Of a stretch of DNA of 32,000 bases, positions 10,704-18,873 are shown piece by piece. The position numbers and the translations under genes are program-made. The notes under the pieces were generated by a model. It had not been told where the DNA came from. It did no database searches and saw only the letters and a list, made by a program, of their open reading frames with translations. The DNA is from Microcystis aeruginosa NIES-843 (lineage in GTDB: Bacteria; Cyanobacteriota; Cyanobacteriia; Cyanobacteriales; Microcystaceae), in NCBI RefSeq assembly GCF_000010625.1, contig NC_010296.1:4530001-4562000 (forward strand), in the 5' to 3' direction. The first letter of the stretch is position 1, and every line of letters starts with the position of its first letter.

Positions 10704-10892
10704 TGGCTCTTCGGGACTTGTTATGGTTCGATAGGGGGGCATAAATCGACTCAATCCTTATCTGGCAAGAGATTTAATTGATTAGTTCGCTCCAGATCGC
10801 AAACAATTGACAAAAATTGCGGCAATGTCTGTCTCTATAAAGGTTTCATTCTTTATAACCCCGTCCATTGCATAAGACAAACCGAAGAACCA
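10704..10892 (+). mobile_element. MITE family A, copy 2 (189 bp)
   Basis: Three mismatches to copy 1. Flanked by a perfect 6-bp duplication ACTGTT (10698-10703 and 10893-10898). Confidence 0.9.
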
Positions 10893-11012
10893 ACTGTTTT
10901 AAGGTTAGCAATTAACTTGGATAAAGCGATGTCAGGCTTGTAATCGATAATCAGGTGAACGTAATCCGAAAAAAAGTGATCTAGACCTGTTAATAGGCAA
11001 TTTATCCCTCGA

Positions 11013-12581
11013 ATGAGCTACAATTATCGGTCCAACGTGGTTAATAGCGAGCAGATGCGTCGCATTGAAGGGGCAATTTTTGCCTCTGGTATGCCTGTGG
11101 CCGCTTTGATGGAAAAGGCAGCCCTGTTAACGGCACAACAGCTTAAAAAGTCCTATTCTTTGGCTAATTTCCCAAAAATCGGCGTTATCGTCGGCCCTGG
11201 TCACAATGGCGGTGATGCTCTCGTGATTGCTAGAGAATTACATCTCGCCGGTTATCAAGTATCTCTTTTTTGTCCGATCGCCAAACTCAAGGATTTAACA
11301 GCACAACAGGCTAATTATGTCAAGCATTTAGGCTTAATTTTTCAGAAAACTTTAGAATCTTTAGAGGATTGTCAGTTAATTATCGATGGTCTTTTCGGTT
11401 TTGGTTTAGAAAGGACTTTATCGGCAGATATTGCCGAATTAGTCGATAAAATTAATAGTTGGCAAAAACCGGTAATTAGTATCGATATTGCTTCGGGAAT
11501 TCACACCGACACCGGAGAGGTTTTAGGCACGGCAATTAAAGCCACTCATACCTTTTGTTTGGGACTCTGGAAGCGAGCTTTTTTCCAAGATTTGGCCTTA
11601 CCCTATCTGGGTAAAGTGGAGTTAATTGACATAGGAATTAGTCCCCTTGACCTAGAAACAATTCTACAAGATTCACCGCCAATTCTGAGGGTTAATCCCG
11701 ATCTAATTCGCCCTTATTTACCTTTACCCCGTCCTCTCCTTACCCATAAATATCAGCAGGGACATTTATTAATTATCTGTGGTTCTCGTCGTTATGCGGG
11801 GGGGGCAATTCTCGCCGGATTAGGAGCGCGAGGTAGTGGTGTAGGAATGCTTTCTATTGCTGTTCCTGCTGCCCTTAAATCTTTATTAATTAGTCATTTA
11901 CCAGAAGCATTAATTATCGATTGTCCCGAAACTGCCACGGGAGCTATTGCCGAACTTCCCCTAGAATTAAATAATTATCATGTCCTCGCCTGTGGTCCTG
12001 GATTAACCACAGAAAATCCTGCTATTATCGAACAGGTTTTAGACAGTGATAAACCGATTATACTCGATGCCGATGCTTTAAATATTTTGGCTCAATTGGG
12101 TATAGAAAAATTATCATCTCGCCAAAATAAGACAATTTTAACGCCTCATTGGGGAGAATTTAAACGCTTATTTCCTAACTTATCAGGTTCTCAAGATAGG
12201 ATTAATATCACTCAAGAAGCATCTCAACAAAGTGGTGCAATTGTCTTATTAAAAGGAGCCAGAACTATAATCGCCTCCCCGGGCGGTAAAATGTATTTAA
12301 TCCCCGAAAGTAGCTCCGCTCTAGCGCGAGGTGGTAGTGGTGATGTTTTAACGGGACTAATCGGCGGATTCTTAACCCAAATGCCGGATAATGCCCCGGA
12401 AGCAACCGCATTAGCGGCTTATTTACACGCTCAAGCTGGCATTTTAGCGGCCAAAGAAAGGACGGAATTAGGAGTAGATGGAGTAACTTTAGCTAATTAT
12501 TTATTTGCTGCCCTTAAAGATTCGATCCCCCCTGCCCCCCTTGATAAGGGGGGTGCCGATAGGCGGGGGGATCAGAATTGA
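11013..12581 (+). CDS. nnr: Bifunctional NAD(P)H-hydrate repair enzyme (epimerase + ADP-dependent dehydratase, YjeF-type)
   Basis: 522 aa. The N-terminal YjeF-N region has the GPGHNGGDALV motif. The C-terminal carbohydrate-kinase-like domain has HKYQQGHLLIICGS…GAILAG…GSGDVLTG. The last 20 codons or so (DSIPPAPLDKGGADRRGDQN*) are encoded by the first unit of the 117-bp tandem repeat. Confidence 0.93.
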   Translation: MSYNYRSNVVNSEQMRRIEGAIFASGMPVAALMEKAALLTAQQLKKSYSLANFPKIGVIVGPGHNGGDALVIARELHLAGYQVSLFCPIAKLKDLTAQQANYVKHLGLIFQKTLESLEDCQLIIDGLFGFGLERTLSADIAELVDKINSWQKPVISIDIASGIHTDTGEVLGTAIKATHTFCLGLWKRAFFQDLALPYLGKVELIDIGISPLDLETILQDSPPILRVNPDLIRPYLPLPRPLLTHKYQQGHLLIICGSRRYAGGAILAGLGARGSGVGMLSIAVPAALKSLLISHLPEALIIDCPETATGAIAELPLELNNYHVLACGPGLTTENPAIIEQVLDSDKPIILDADALNILAQLGIEKLSSRQNKTILTPHWGEFKRLFPNLSGSQDRINITQEASQQSGAIVLLKGARTIIASPGGKMYLIPESSSALARGGSGDVLTGLIGGFLTQMPDNAPEATALAAYLHAQAGILAAKERTELGVDGVTLANYLFAALKDSIPPAPLDKGGADRRGDQN

Positions 12582-12665
12582 TAATTTTTACTGTATCTAA
12601 ATAGCTGGTTATAATTAAATTAAAAATGGATTTTAGATTCGATCCCCCCTGCCCCCCTTGATAAG
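12520..12665. repeat. 117-bp tandem repeat array, left part (unit 1 and the first 29 nt of unit 2)
   Basis: Unit 1 is 12520-12636. Unit 2 starts at 12637 and is interrupted at 12665/12666 by the IS element. Each unit has a GC-rich nested palindrome (GATCCCCCCTGCCCCCCTTGATAAGGGGGGTGCCGATAGGCGGGGGGATC) followed by an AT-rich segment of about 67 nt. Confidence 0.95.
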
Positions 12666-14252
12666 CTATCCATTAGTCGGATCTTTCTTAACAAAAAGAG
12701 AAGAAACTTAAAAAAAGGGGAAACGATTGATAGGTATAGTTTTGAAAGAAGGAATTAAGGTGGAGGTAAGCAAAAAAATGGAGAAATGGGCAGCCCAAGA
12801 ATTACAGTATGCAGACCTAGGGGACACCAGAAGAAAGAAAAGGTTAATCAGTATCGTGGAAAACTTGGCCAGTCAACCTAGTACAAGTGTGCCACAAGCT
12901 TCAGGAAATCTAGCCGCAGCGAGTGCCACCTACGACTTTTGGAATTCCCCCTATTTTCACCCCTCAGATATAATTGCCGCCCAGGCCAAAAGTACAGTAG
13001 AAAGAATCAAAGAACATCCAATAGTTTTGGCAGTGCAAGACACAACAAGTTTAGACTTTACGACGCAAAAAGCCAAAAAAGGCATGGGTTATCTAGATTA
13101 TAAAAAATCCTTTGGTCTCAAAGTTCATACCACCTTAGGAGTGTCCCCAGTCGGAATACCTTTAGGACTGATTAATCAATATGTCTGGGCAAGAGAAGAA
13201 AAGAATTTAGGGATTGCCAAGCAACGCAAAAAAAGAGAAACCCAAGAAAAAGAAAGTCAAAGATGGTTAGATTCTTTGTCAGAAACACAACAACAGATAC
13301 CCGAAGATATTCAAGTAGTAACAATCGGAGATTGTGAGGCAGACATATTTGATTTATTTGCCCAATCAAGAAGTCCTAACTCTCATTTATTAATTCGAGG
13401 AACTCATAACCGAAAAGTTAACTATCTCGAAGACAAGCAAAGGTCAGGGCATTCAGAGCCTAAATATTTACATCAATCCATCAGAGAAATAAAAGCCTGT
13501 GGGACCTTAGATGTGCAAGTAAAACGCAATCCTAATCACGAGGCTAGACTAGCTAAACTAACAGTTAGATTTGCCAGTTTTGAAATACAAGTACCTAGCC
13601 ATCACTCCAAGGCGACCCCTCGTCAACCGGTCAAATTACAGGTAATTTTAGCTGAAGAAGAAAATCCGCATAGCGGAGTTAATCCTATCAGTTGGCTGCT
13701 CTTAACTAGCCTAGACATTAGTAGCTTTGAATCAGCGATAACCTGTGTGCGCTGGTATAGTTATCGCTGGTTAATAGAACGCTATCATTTTGTTTTAAAA
13801 AGTGGTTGTGGATTAGAAAAACTGCAATTAGAAACGGGTAGGAGAATTGAGATGGCCTTAGCTACCTATTCAATTGTAGCTTGGAGATTACTTTGGTTAA
13901 CCTATCAAGCACGCTTACACGGAGAGGAGAGTTGTGAAAGTTTTTTGGAAGAACATGAATGGCAATCTTTGTGTGCCACTATTCATAAAAAGAGTCCGCC
14001 ACCTGAAAAGCCGCCCTCCTTTCGAGAAGCGGTCAGAATGATTGCTTCTCTTGGGGGGTTTTTAGGTAGAAAAGGTGACGGTGAACCTGGTGTTAAAACT
14101 ATTTGGTTGGGACTGCGAAGGTTACATGATATCAGCCAGACTTGGAAACTATCTCATCAAATTAGTCCCCCTATAGAACCCCCTTGAGCCATCTGGCACA
14201 CTTTTCTCTTTTTGTCAAATTTTATGTTAAGAAAGATGTGACTAATGGATAG
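12666..14252 (+). mobile_element. IS4-family insertion sequence (IS50/Tn5-like), 1587 bp
   Basis: 27-bp terminal inverted repeats CTATCCATTAGTC(GG/AC)ATCTTTCTTAAC. A 9-bp direct duplication CTTGATAAG flanks the element (12657-12665 and 14253-14261). Removing the IS and one duplicate restores an exact 117-bp repeat unit. Confidence 0.92.
12778..14187 (+). CDS. IS4-family DDE transposase (Tn5-like N-terminal DNA-binding region)
   Basis: MEKWAAQELQYADLGDTRRKKRLISIVENLA… parallels the Tn5 Tnp N-terminus. Catalytic residues are seen in AVQDTTSLDF and IGDCEADIFD, plus the Y-x2-R-x3-E-x6-K signature (YSYRWLIERYHFVLK). The ATG at 12778 follows a GGAGG. The track's TTG at 12727 is less likely. Confidence 0.9.
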   Translation: MEKWAAQELQYADLGDTRRKKRLISIVENLASQPSTSVPQASGNLAAASATYDFWNSPYFHPSDIIAAQAKSTVERIKEHPIVLAVQDTTSLDFTTQKAKKGMGYLDYKKSFGLKVHTTLGVSPVGIPLGLINQYVWAREEKNLGIAKQRKKRETQEKESQRWLDSLSETQQQIPEDIQVVTIGDCEADIFDLFAQSRSPNSHLLIRGTHNRKVNYLEDKQRSGHSEPKYLHQSIREIKACGTLDVQVKRNPNHEARLAKLTVRFASFEIQVPSHHSKATPRQPVKLQVILAEEENPHSGVNPISWLLLTSLDISSFESAITCVRWYSYRWLIERYHFVLKSGCGLEKLQLETGRRIEMALATYSIVAWRLLWLTYQARLHGEESCESFLEEHEWQSLCATIHKKSPPPEKPPSFREAVRMIASLGGFLGRKGDGEPGVKTIWLGLRRLHDISQTWKLSHQISPPIEPP

Positions 14253-14781
14253 CTTGATAAGGGGGGTGCCGATAGGCGGGGGGATCAGAATTGATAATTT
14301 TTACTGTATCTAAATAGCTGGTTATAATTAAATTAAAAATGGATTTTAGGTTCGATCCCCCCTGCCCCCCTTGATAAGGGGGGTGCCGATAGGCGGGGGG
14401 ATCAGAATTGATAATTATTACTGTATCTAAATAGCTGGTTATAATTAAATTAAAAATGGATTTTAGGTTCGATCCCCCCTGCCCCCCTTGATAAGGGGGG
14501 TGCCGATAGGCGGGGGGATCAGAATTGATAATTTTTACTGTATCTAAATAGCTGGTTATAATTAAATTAAAAATGGATTTTAGATTCGATCCCCCCTGCC
14601 CCCCTTGATAAGGGGGGTGCCGATAGGCGGGGGGATCAGAATTGATAATTTTTACTGTATCTAAATAGCTGGTTATAATTAAATTAAAAATGGATTTTAG
14701 ATTCGATCCCCCCTGCCCCCCTTGATAAGGGGGGTGCCGATAGGCGGGGGGATCAGAATTGATAATTTTTACTGTATCTAA
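14253..14781. repeat. 117-bp tandem repeat array, right part (rest of unit 2, units 3-5, partial unit 6)
   Basis: Unit starts are at 14350, 14467, 14584 and 14701, an exact 117-bp period. Only a few substitutions separate units (A/G at the unit start; TTTTTAC versus TTATTAC). The array ends within the AT-rich segment at about 14781. Confidence 0.95.
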
Positions 14782-15054
14782 CATTAAAATATCTTTCATA
14801 ATACCCACCAAACCTAAGAGAGCCAAAATATTATTAATAGCATAAGTGTACTGTATTTAAACTGAGTAGGTGTATTTTAGTACAAATGCTCGGACTGCCT
14901 TAACCTAGCTCCGGTGCTCCCTTCTCCGGTGCAGTCTTAAGGATAGTCGGCATTTGATAAAACATAAGGAATGTTAACCAAAACCACTTATCGTTAAGGA
15001 ATTTTGATAAGTTGGAGATTGAACAAAGATAGAAAGTCTCTAGCGCTGACAACT

Positions 15055-16860
15055 ATGGCTGTAATTGTCCAAAAATACGGTGGTACATCGGTAGGTTCCG
15101 TGGAACGCATTCAATCGGTCGCTCAACGGGTCAAAAATACGGTAATAGCAGGAAACACCGTGGTGGTGGTCGTTTCTGCCATGGGTAAAACCACCGATGG
15201 ATTGGTCAATTTAGCCAAACAGATCGCCGCCGAACCCTCGCGCCGGGAGATGGATATGTTATTATCCACAGGGGAACAGGTGACGATCGCCTTGATGAGT
15301 ATGGCCCTAGAGGAAATCGGACAACCGGCCATCTCCCTAACCGGCGCTCAAGTGGGAATTGTCACGGAATCCGAACATAGTCGGGCCCGTATTTTAGAAA
15401 TTAAAACCGATCGCCTTTCCCGACATCTATTGGAGGGTAAAGTAGTTGTTGTCGCCGGTTTTCAAGGTGTTAGCGATAGTGATCAACTAGAGATTACCAC
15501 CCTAGGGCGCGGTGGGTCCGATACCTCGGCCGTGGCCCTAGCAGCCGCCTTAAAAGCCGATTTTTGCGAAATTTACACCGATGTACCCGGTATTCTCACC
15601 ACTGACCCCCGTTTAGTCCCCGAAGCGCGTCTTTTAGACCAAATTACCTGCGATGAGATGCTCGAATTAGCCAGTTTAGGAGCGAAAGTTCTCCACCCGC
15701 GAGCGGTGGAAATCGCTAAAAACTTCGGGGTTCCCTTGGTTGTCCGCTCCAGTTGGACAGAGGATCCGGGTACTTGGGTGACATCCCCAGCACCGAAACC
15801 GCGCACCCTGCAAGGATTGGAATTGACAAAAGCAGTGGATGCGGTGGAATTTGAGGGTAATCAGGCGAAAATCGCCCTTTTACGGGTTCCGGATCGTCCC
15901 GGTATCGCTGCCCGTTTATTCGGGGAAATTGCTCATCAACAGGTGGACGTGGATTTAATTATTCAATCGATTCACGAGGGGGACAGCAACGATATCGCCT
16001 TTACGGTGATGGGAAATGCCTTGAAAAAAGCCCAATCCGTGGCCGAAGCGATCGCGCCGGTTTTACGTTCCCATCCCACTAATACAGAGGAAGCGGAAGT
16101 GATCATCGAATCCGGGGCCGCTAAAATCGCCATTACCGGCGCCGGTATGATCGGCCGGCCGGGAATTGCTGCCCAAATATTTAGCACTTTGGCCGCAGCG
16201 GCAATTAATATCGAAATGATCTCCACTTCTGAAGTAAAAGTCAGTTGTGTCATCGATGAAGCGGACGGAGAAAAAGCAATTAAAGTCCTTTGTGATGCTT
16301 TTCAAGTGGAGTATTCTGCTAAAGTTGCTCATTGCGAAATCCCTAAAAATTTAGTCCCAGTCAGGGGAGTGGCCCTAGATAATAATCAGGCACAAATGGC
16401 CATTCGTAACGTCCCCGATCGCCCGGGGATGGCGGCGAGAATTTTCTCGGTTTTAGCGGCAAAAAATGTCAGTGTTGATATGATTATTCAATCCCAACGC
16501 TGTCGCATTGTCGATGGTATTCCCCGACGGGATATCGCTTTTACTTTGCCCCAAGCTGATGCTAATTTAGCCCAAAAAATCCTCTTAGAACTATCGGAAA
16601 GTTTGGGTTTACAGGAAGTGGTGGTTAATAATGATGTGGCGAAAGTGAGCATTGTTGGTTCAGGAATGGAAGGACAACCGGGGGTAGCAGCACGCTTTTT
16701 TGAAGCTTTAGCAAAGGAGAAAATTAATATTTTGATGATTGCTACTTCTGATATAAAAATCAGTTGTGTGGTGAATCAGGAAGATGGAGTCAGGGCCCTA
16801 CAAGTGGTTCACGCCGCTTTTGGATTAGCTGGACAGGGTAAAATTGAAGTACCCGCCTAA
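15055..16860 (+). CDS. lysC: Aspartate kinase with a duplicated ACT-domain regulatory region (long cyanobacterial type)
   Basis: Contains VQKYGGTSVG, the kinase core, and two tandem ACT-pair regions (…LRVPDRPGIAARLF… and …IRNVPDRPGMAARIF…). The ATG at 15055 gives the canonical MAVIVQKYGG N-terminus. The track's TTG at 15004 is unlikely. Confidence 0.95.
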   Translation: MAVIVQKYGGTSVGSVERIQSVAQRVKNTVIAGNTVVVVVSAMGKTTDGLVNLAKQIAAEPSRREMDMLLSTGEQVTIALMSMALEEIGQPAISLTGAQVGIVTESEHSRARILEIKTDRLSRHLLEGKVVVVAGFQGVSDSDQLEITTLGRGGSDTSAVALAAALKADFCEIYTDVPGILTTDPRLVPEARLLDQITCDEMLELASLGAKVLHPRAVEIAKNFGVPLVVRSSWTEDPGTWVTSPAPKPRTLQGLELTKAVDAVEFEGNQAKIALLRVPDRPGIAARLFGEIAHQQVDVDLIIQSIHEGDSNDIAFTVMGNALKKAQSVAEAIAPVLRSHPTNTEEAEVIIESGAAKIAITGAGMIGRPGIAAQIFSTLAAAAINIEMISTSEVKVSCVIDEADGEKAIKVLCDAFQVEYSAKVAHCEIPKNLVPVRGVALDNNQAQMAIRNVPDRPGMAARIFSVLAAKNVSVDMIIQSQRCRIVDGIPRRDIAFTLPQADANLAQKILLELSESLGLQEVVVNNDVAKVSIVGSGMEGQPGVAARFFEALAKEKINILMIATSDIKISCVVNQEDGVRALQVVHAAFGLAGQGKIEVPA

Positions 16861-16882
16861 ATGAAATTACAAGTTCTATGAT

Positions 16883-16923
16883 GGGGGTAAGAGTTGTTTA
16901 TATTGCTGGCAACTTATACCCCC
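16883..16923 (+). terminator. Stem-loop just downstream of lysC (possible terminator, no U-tract)
   Basis: GGGGGTAAGAGTTG (16883-16896) pairs with CAACTTATACCCCC (16910-16923). That gives 14 positions with one mismatch and one G-T pair, and a 13-nt loop. It is followed by AAAAACC rather than a T-run, so its function is uncertain. Confidence 0.3.
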
Positions 16924-16968
16924 AAAAACCAGATAAATAAGTTAACCCTCATCACCCCGATTTTATCT

Positions 16969-18319
16969 ATGGAACCGATAACAGTGGCGACAATTGTTGC
17001 TTTGGTATTTCAGACTACTGTAGAAAAATTTACCGAAGCTGCTCTAGAAAAAATTAATACTTTGCGGCAAATCATCTGGAATAAACTTAAAGCTAATCCT
17101 AAGGCTGAAAAAGCTTTACAAGCTGCTGAAAAAGGGTCAAAAACTGATCTAGAAAAAGTAGCAGATTATTTAAAAGTTGCCATGAATGATGAAGCAGATT
17201 TCGCCGAAAAAGTCAAGGGTTTAGCAACAGAAATTCAATCCTTGAAAATTCAGGATAATAGTAGTATGAACCAGGCTAATTCTGGAGGTCAAAATTTACA
17301 GAATCAGGGTCAGGTTAGTGAAGTTTATCAAGCAGAAAATATAAACATCAATAAAATCTGACTGCAGCCGCCTGTTAAGGAACAGGTTAAACAACATCCT
17401 CACAATTTATCTAATAGTAATATCCCTAGATTTGTTGGTAGGAATCAGGAATTAATTGACTTAAAAAAGCAATTACAACAATCCCAAAAGCTTGCTATAT
17501 CTACCTTAACGGGAATGGGAGGCATAGGTAAAACCGAACTAGCCAGACAGTTTGGCTGGCAACAATGGCGAGAAAAAGCCTATCCGGGGGGGATATGTTG
17601 GTTAAATGTGGCAGAAAGTGACGGCGGTTTTATCGGTACTTCTATTTTAGATTTTGCGCGGGTACATCTCAAATTAACTTTACCGGATGAGGGAGAATTA
17701 GACGTAAAAATTCGTTATTGTTGGCAAAATTGGTTAGCGGGAAATGTCTTAATTATTTTTGATGATGTGCGGGATTATCAGCAAATTAAGGATTATTTAC
17801 CACCGCAAGAAGAGAAACGCTTTCATGTCTTAATTACCACTCGCAAGGAATATTTATCAGCGACAATTGCGACTTTTCGGGTAGAAGTATTAAAAGAAAA
17901 AGATGCACTTGATTTATTGCGTTCCTACCTTAAAGACAACAGAATTGACACACAAATTGAGGCAGCTAAATTATTATGTCAGGATTTGGGTTATTTACCC
18001 TTGGCGTTAGAATTGGTGGCAAGGTTGCTGGTACGACGACAGGATTGGGAAATTAGCAAAATACGGGAGAAATTAGCCGAAAACGGCTTAGATGAGCCAA
18101 GTTTAGACAAAAATCCCAAGTTTCATGGGGAAATGACTGCGGAAAGAGGGTTAAAAGCTGCCTTTAATCTCAGTTGGGAGGAGTTGCATAGCGAACCAGA
18201 AGCGCAAATTTTGGCACTTTACCTCAGTTTATTCGCTCTTGCGCCCTTTCCCAAGGAGATGATTCTGGATTTATTTCCCGATGAAGATGGGGATACAGTG
18301 GAGGAATGGTTAACCGATA
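16969..18319 (+). pseudogene. STAND NTPase (NB-ARC, NLR-like) with an N-terminal helical domain; inactivated
   Basis: The two track ORFs (16894-17361 and 17515-18324) share one frame and are separated only by a TGA at 17359-17361. No start codon occurs between that TGA and the P-loop. NB-ARC motifs present: FVGRNQEL, Walker A GMGGIGKTELA (17512-), Walker B LIIFDDV (17761), LITTRKE and GYLPLALELV. The frame is cut at 18319/18320 by the IS1-family element, and no repeat or sensor domain follows. Confidence 0.85.
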
Positions 18320-18873
18320 GGTAATGATTCGGTAGTAGTGGCGTAGCTCTCTTGCTTACCTGGTATGAATTGTGTAAAATATTTATTAATAAAAATAATT
18401 GGCTCGAATCAGTCTTTAAACCTCTAGCTTGATCATGACTTTTCTGATAAATATCTTTTTCTGGCTCCTGTCTGGCTTACTGAAATATCAGTCTAGCACC
18501 GAACAAAGTACCCCCTTCACCTCCGTTCCCCTGTCCTAATTGTGGTTCTCACCATACGATCAAGAATGGTTCTATTCATAATGGAAAACCCAAACGTCAA
18601 GGTAAAGAATGTGGTCGTCAGTTGGTGATCAATCCCACTAATAAAACCGTCTCTGACGAAACCAAACAATTAATTGATAAACTCTTGCTCGAACGAATTT
18701 CCTGACGAGGAATTGCTAGAGTAACAGGGGTAAGTTGGTCATGGTTACAAAATTATGTCAACAATAAACTGGCGGCTGTCCCCCGTCAAATAAAGGTTTC
18801 GGACAAACCAAAAGGTAAATTGGTTAGAGAATGTGATGAAATGTGGTCTTTTGTTTTTTCTAAGACGATAAAG

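Noticed and set aside
14341-14366. tRNA-like T-arm sequence (GGTTCGATCCCCCC) at repeat-unit starts.
   Set aside because: There is no complementary 5' half of a T-stem, no acceptor or anticodon arms, and the sequence is part of the tandem repeat. No tRNA or rRNA genes were recognised anywhere in the window.
12520-14781. Possible CRISPR array.
   Set aside because: The whole 117-bp unit repeats and there are no unique spacers. No cas genes are present, and the unit length and structure are unlike CRISPR repeats.
14242-14826. 194-aa minus-strand ORF with 39-aa repeats (DTVKIINSDPPAYRHPPYQGGQGGSNLKSIFNLIITSYL).
   Set aside because: It stays open only because the 117-bp repeat is a multiple of three. 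It has a TTG start and no RBS, it runs into the IS end, and its composition is dictated by the GC palindrome. It is kept only as a caveat in the repeat finding.
14782-15054. Possible riboswitch or structured leader upstream of lysC (GACTGC…GCAGTC pairing and a direct TCCGGTGC repeat around 14890-14950).
   Set aside because: Only a 6-bp helix could be supported by eye, and I did not recognise any lysine-riboswitch-like conserved core. A covariance-model scan would be needed, so it is not reported as a feature.
15123-16332. Antisense ORFs within lysC (15123-15332, 15573-15806, 15972-16253, 16063-16332), and 13172-13369 within the transposase gene.
   Set aside because: They are shadow ORFs of conserved genes.
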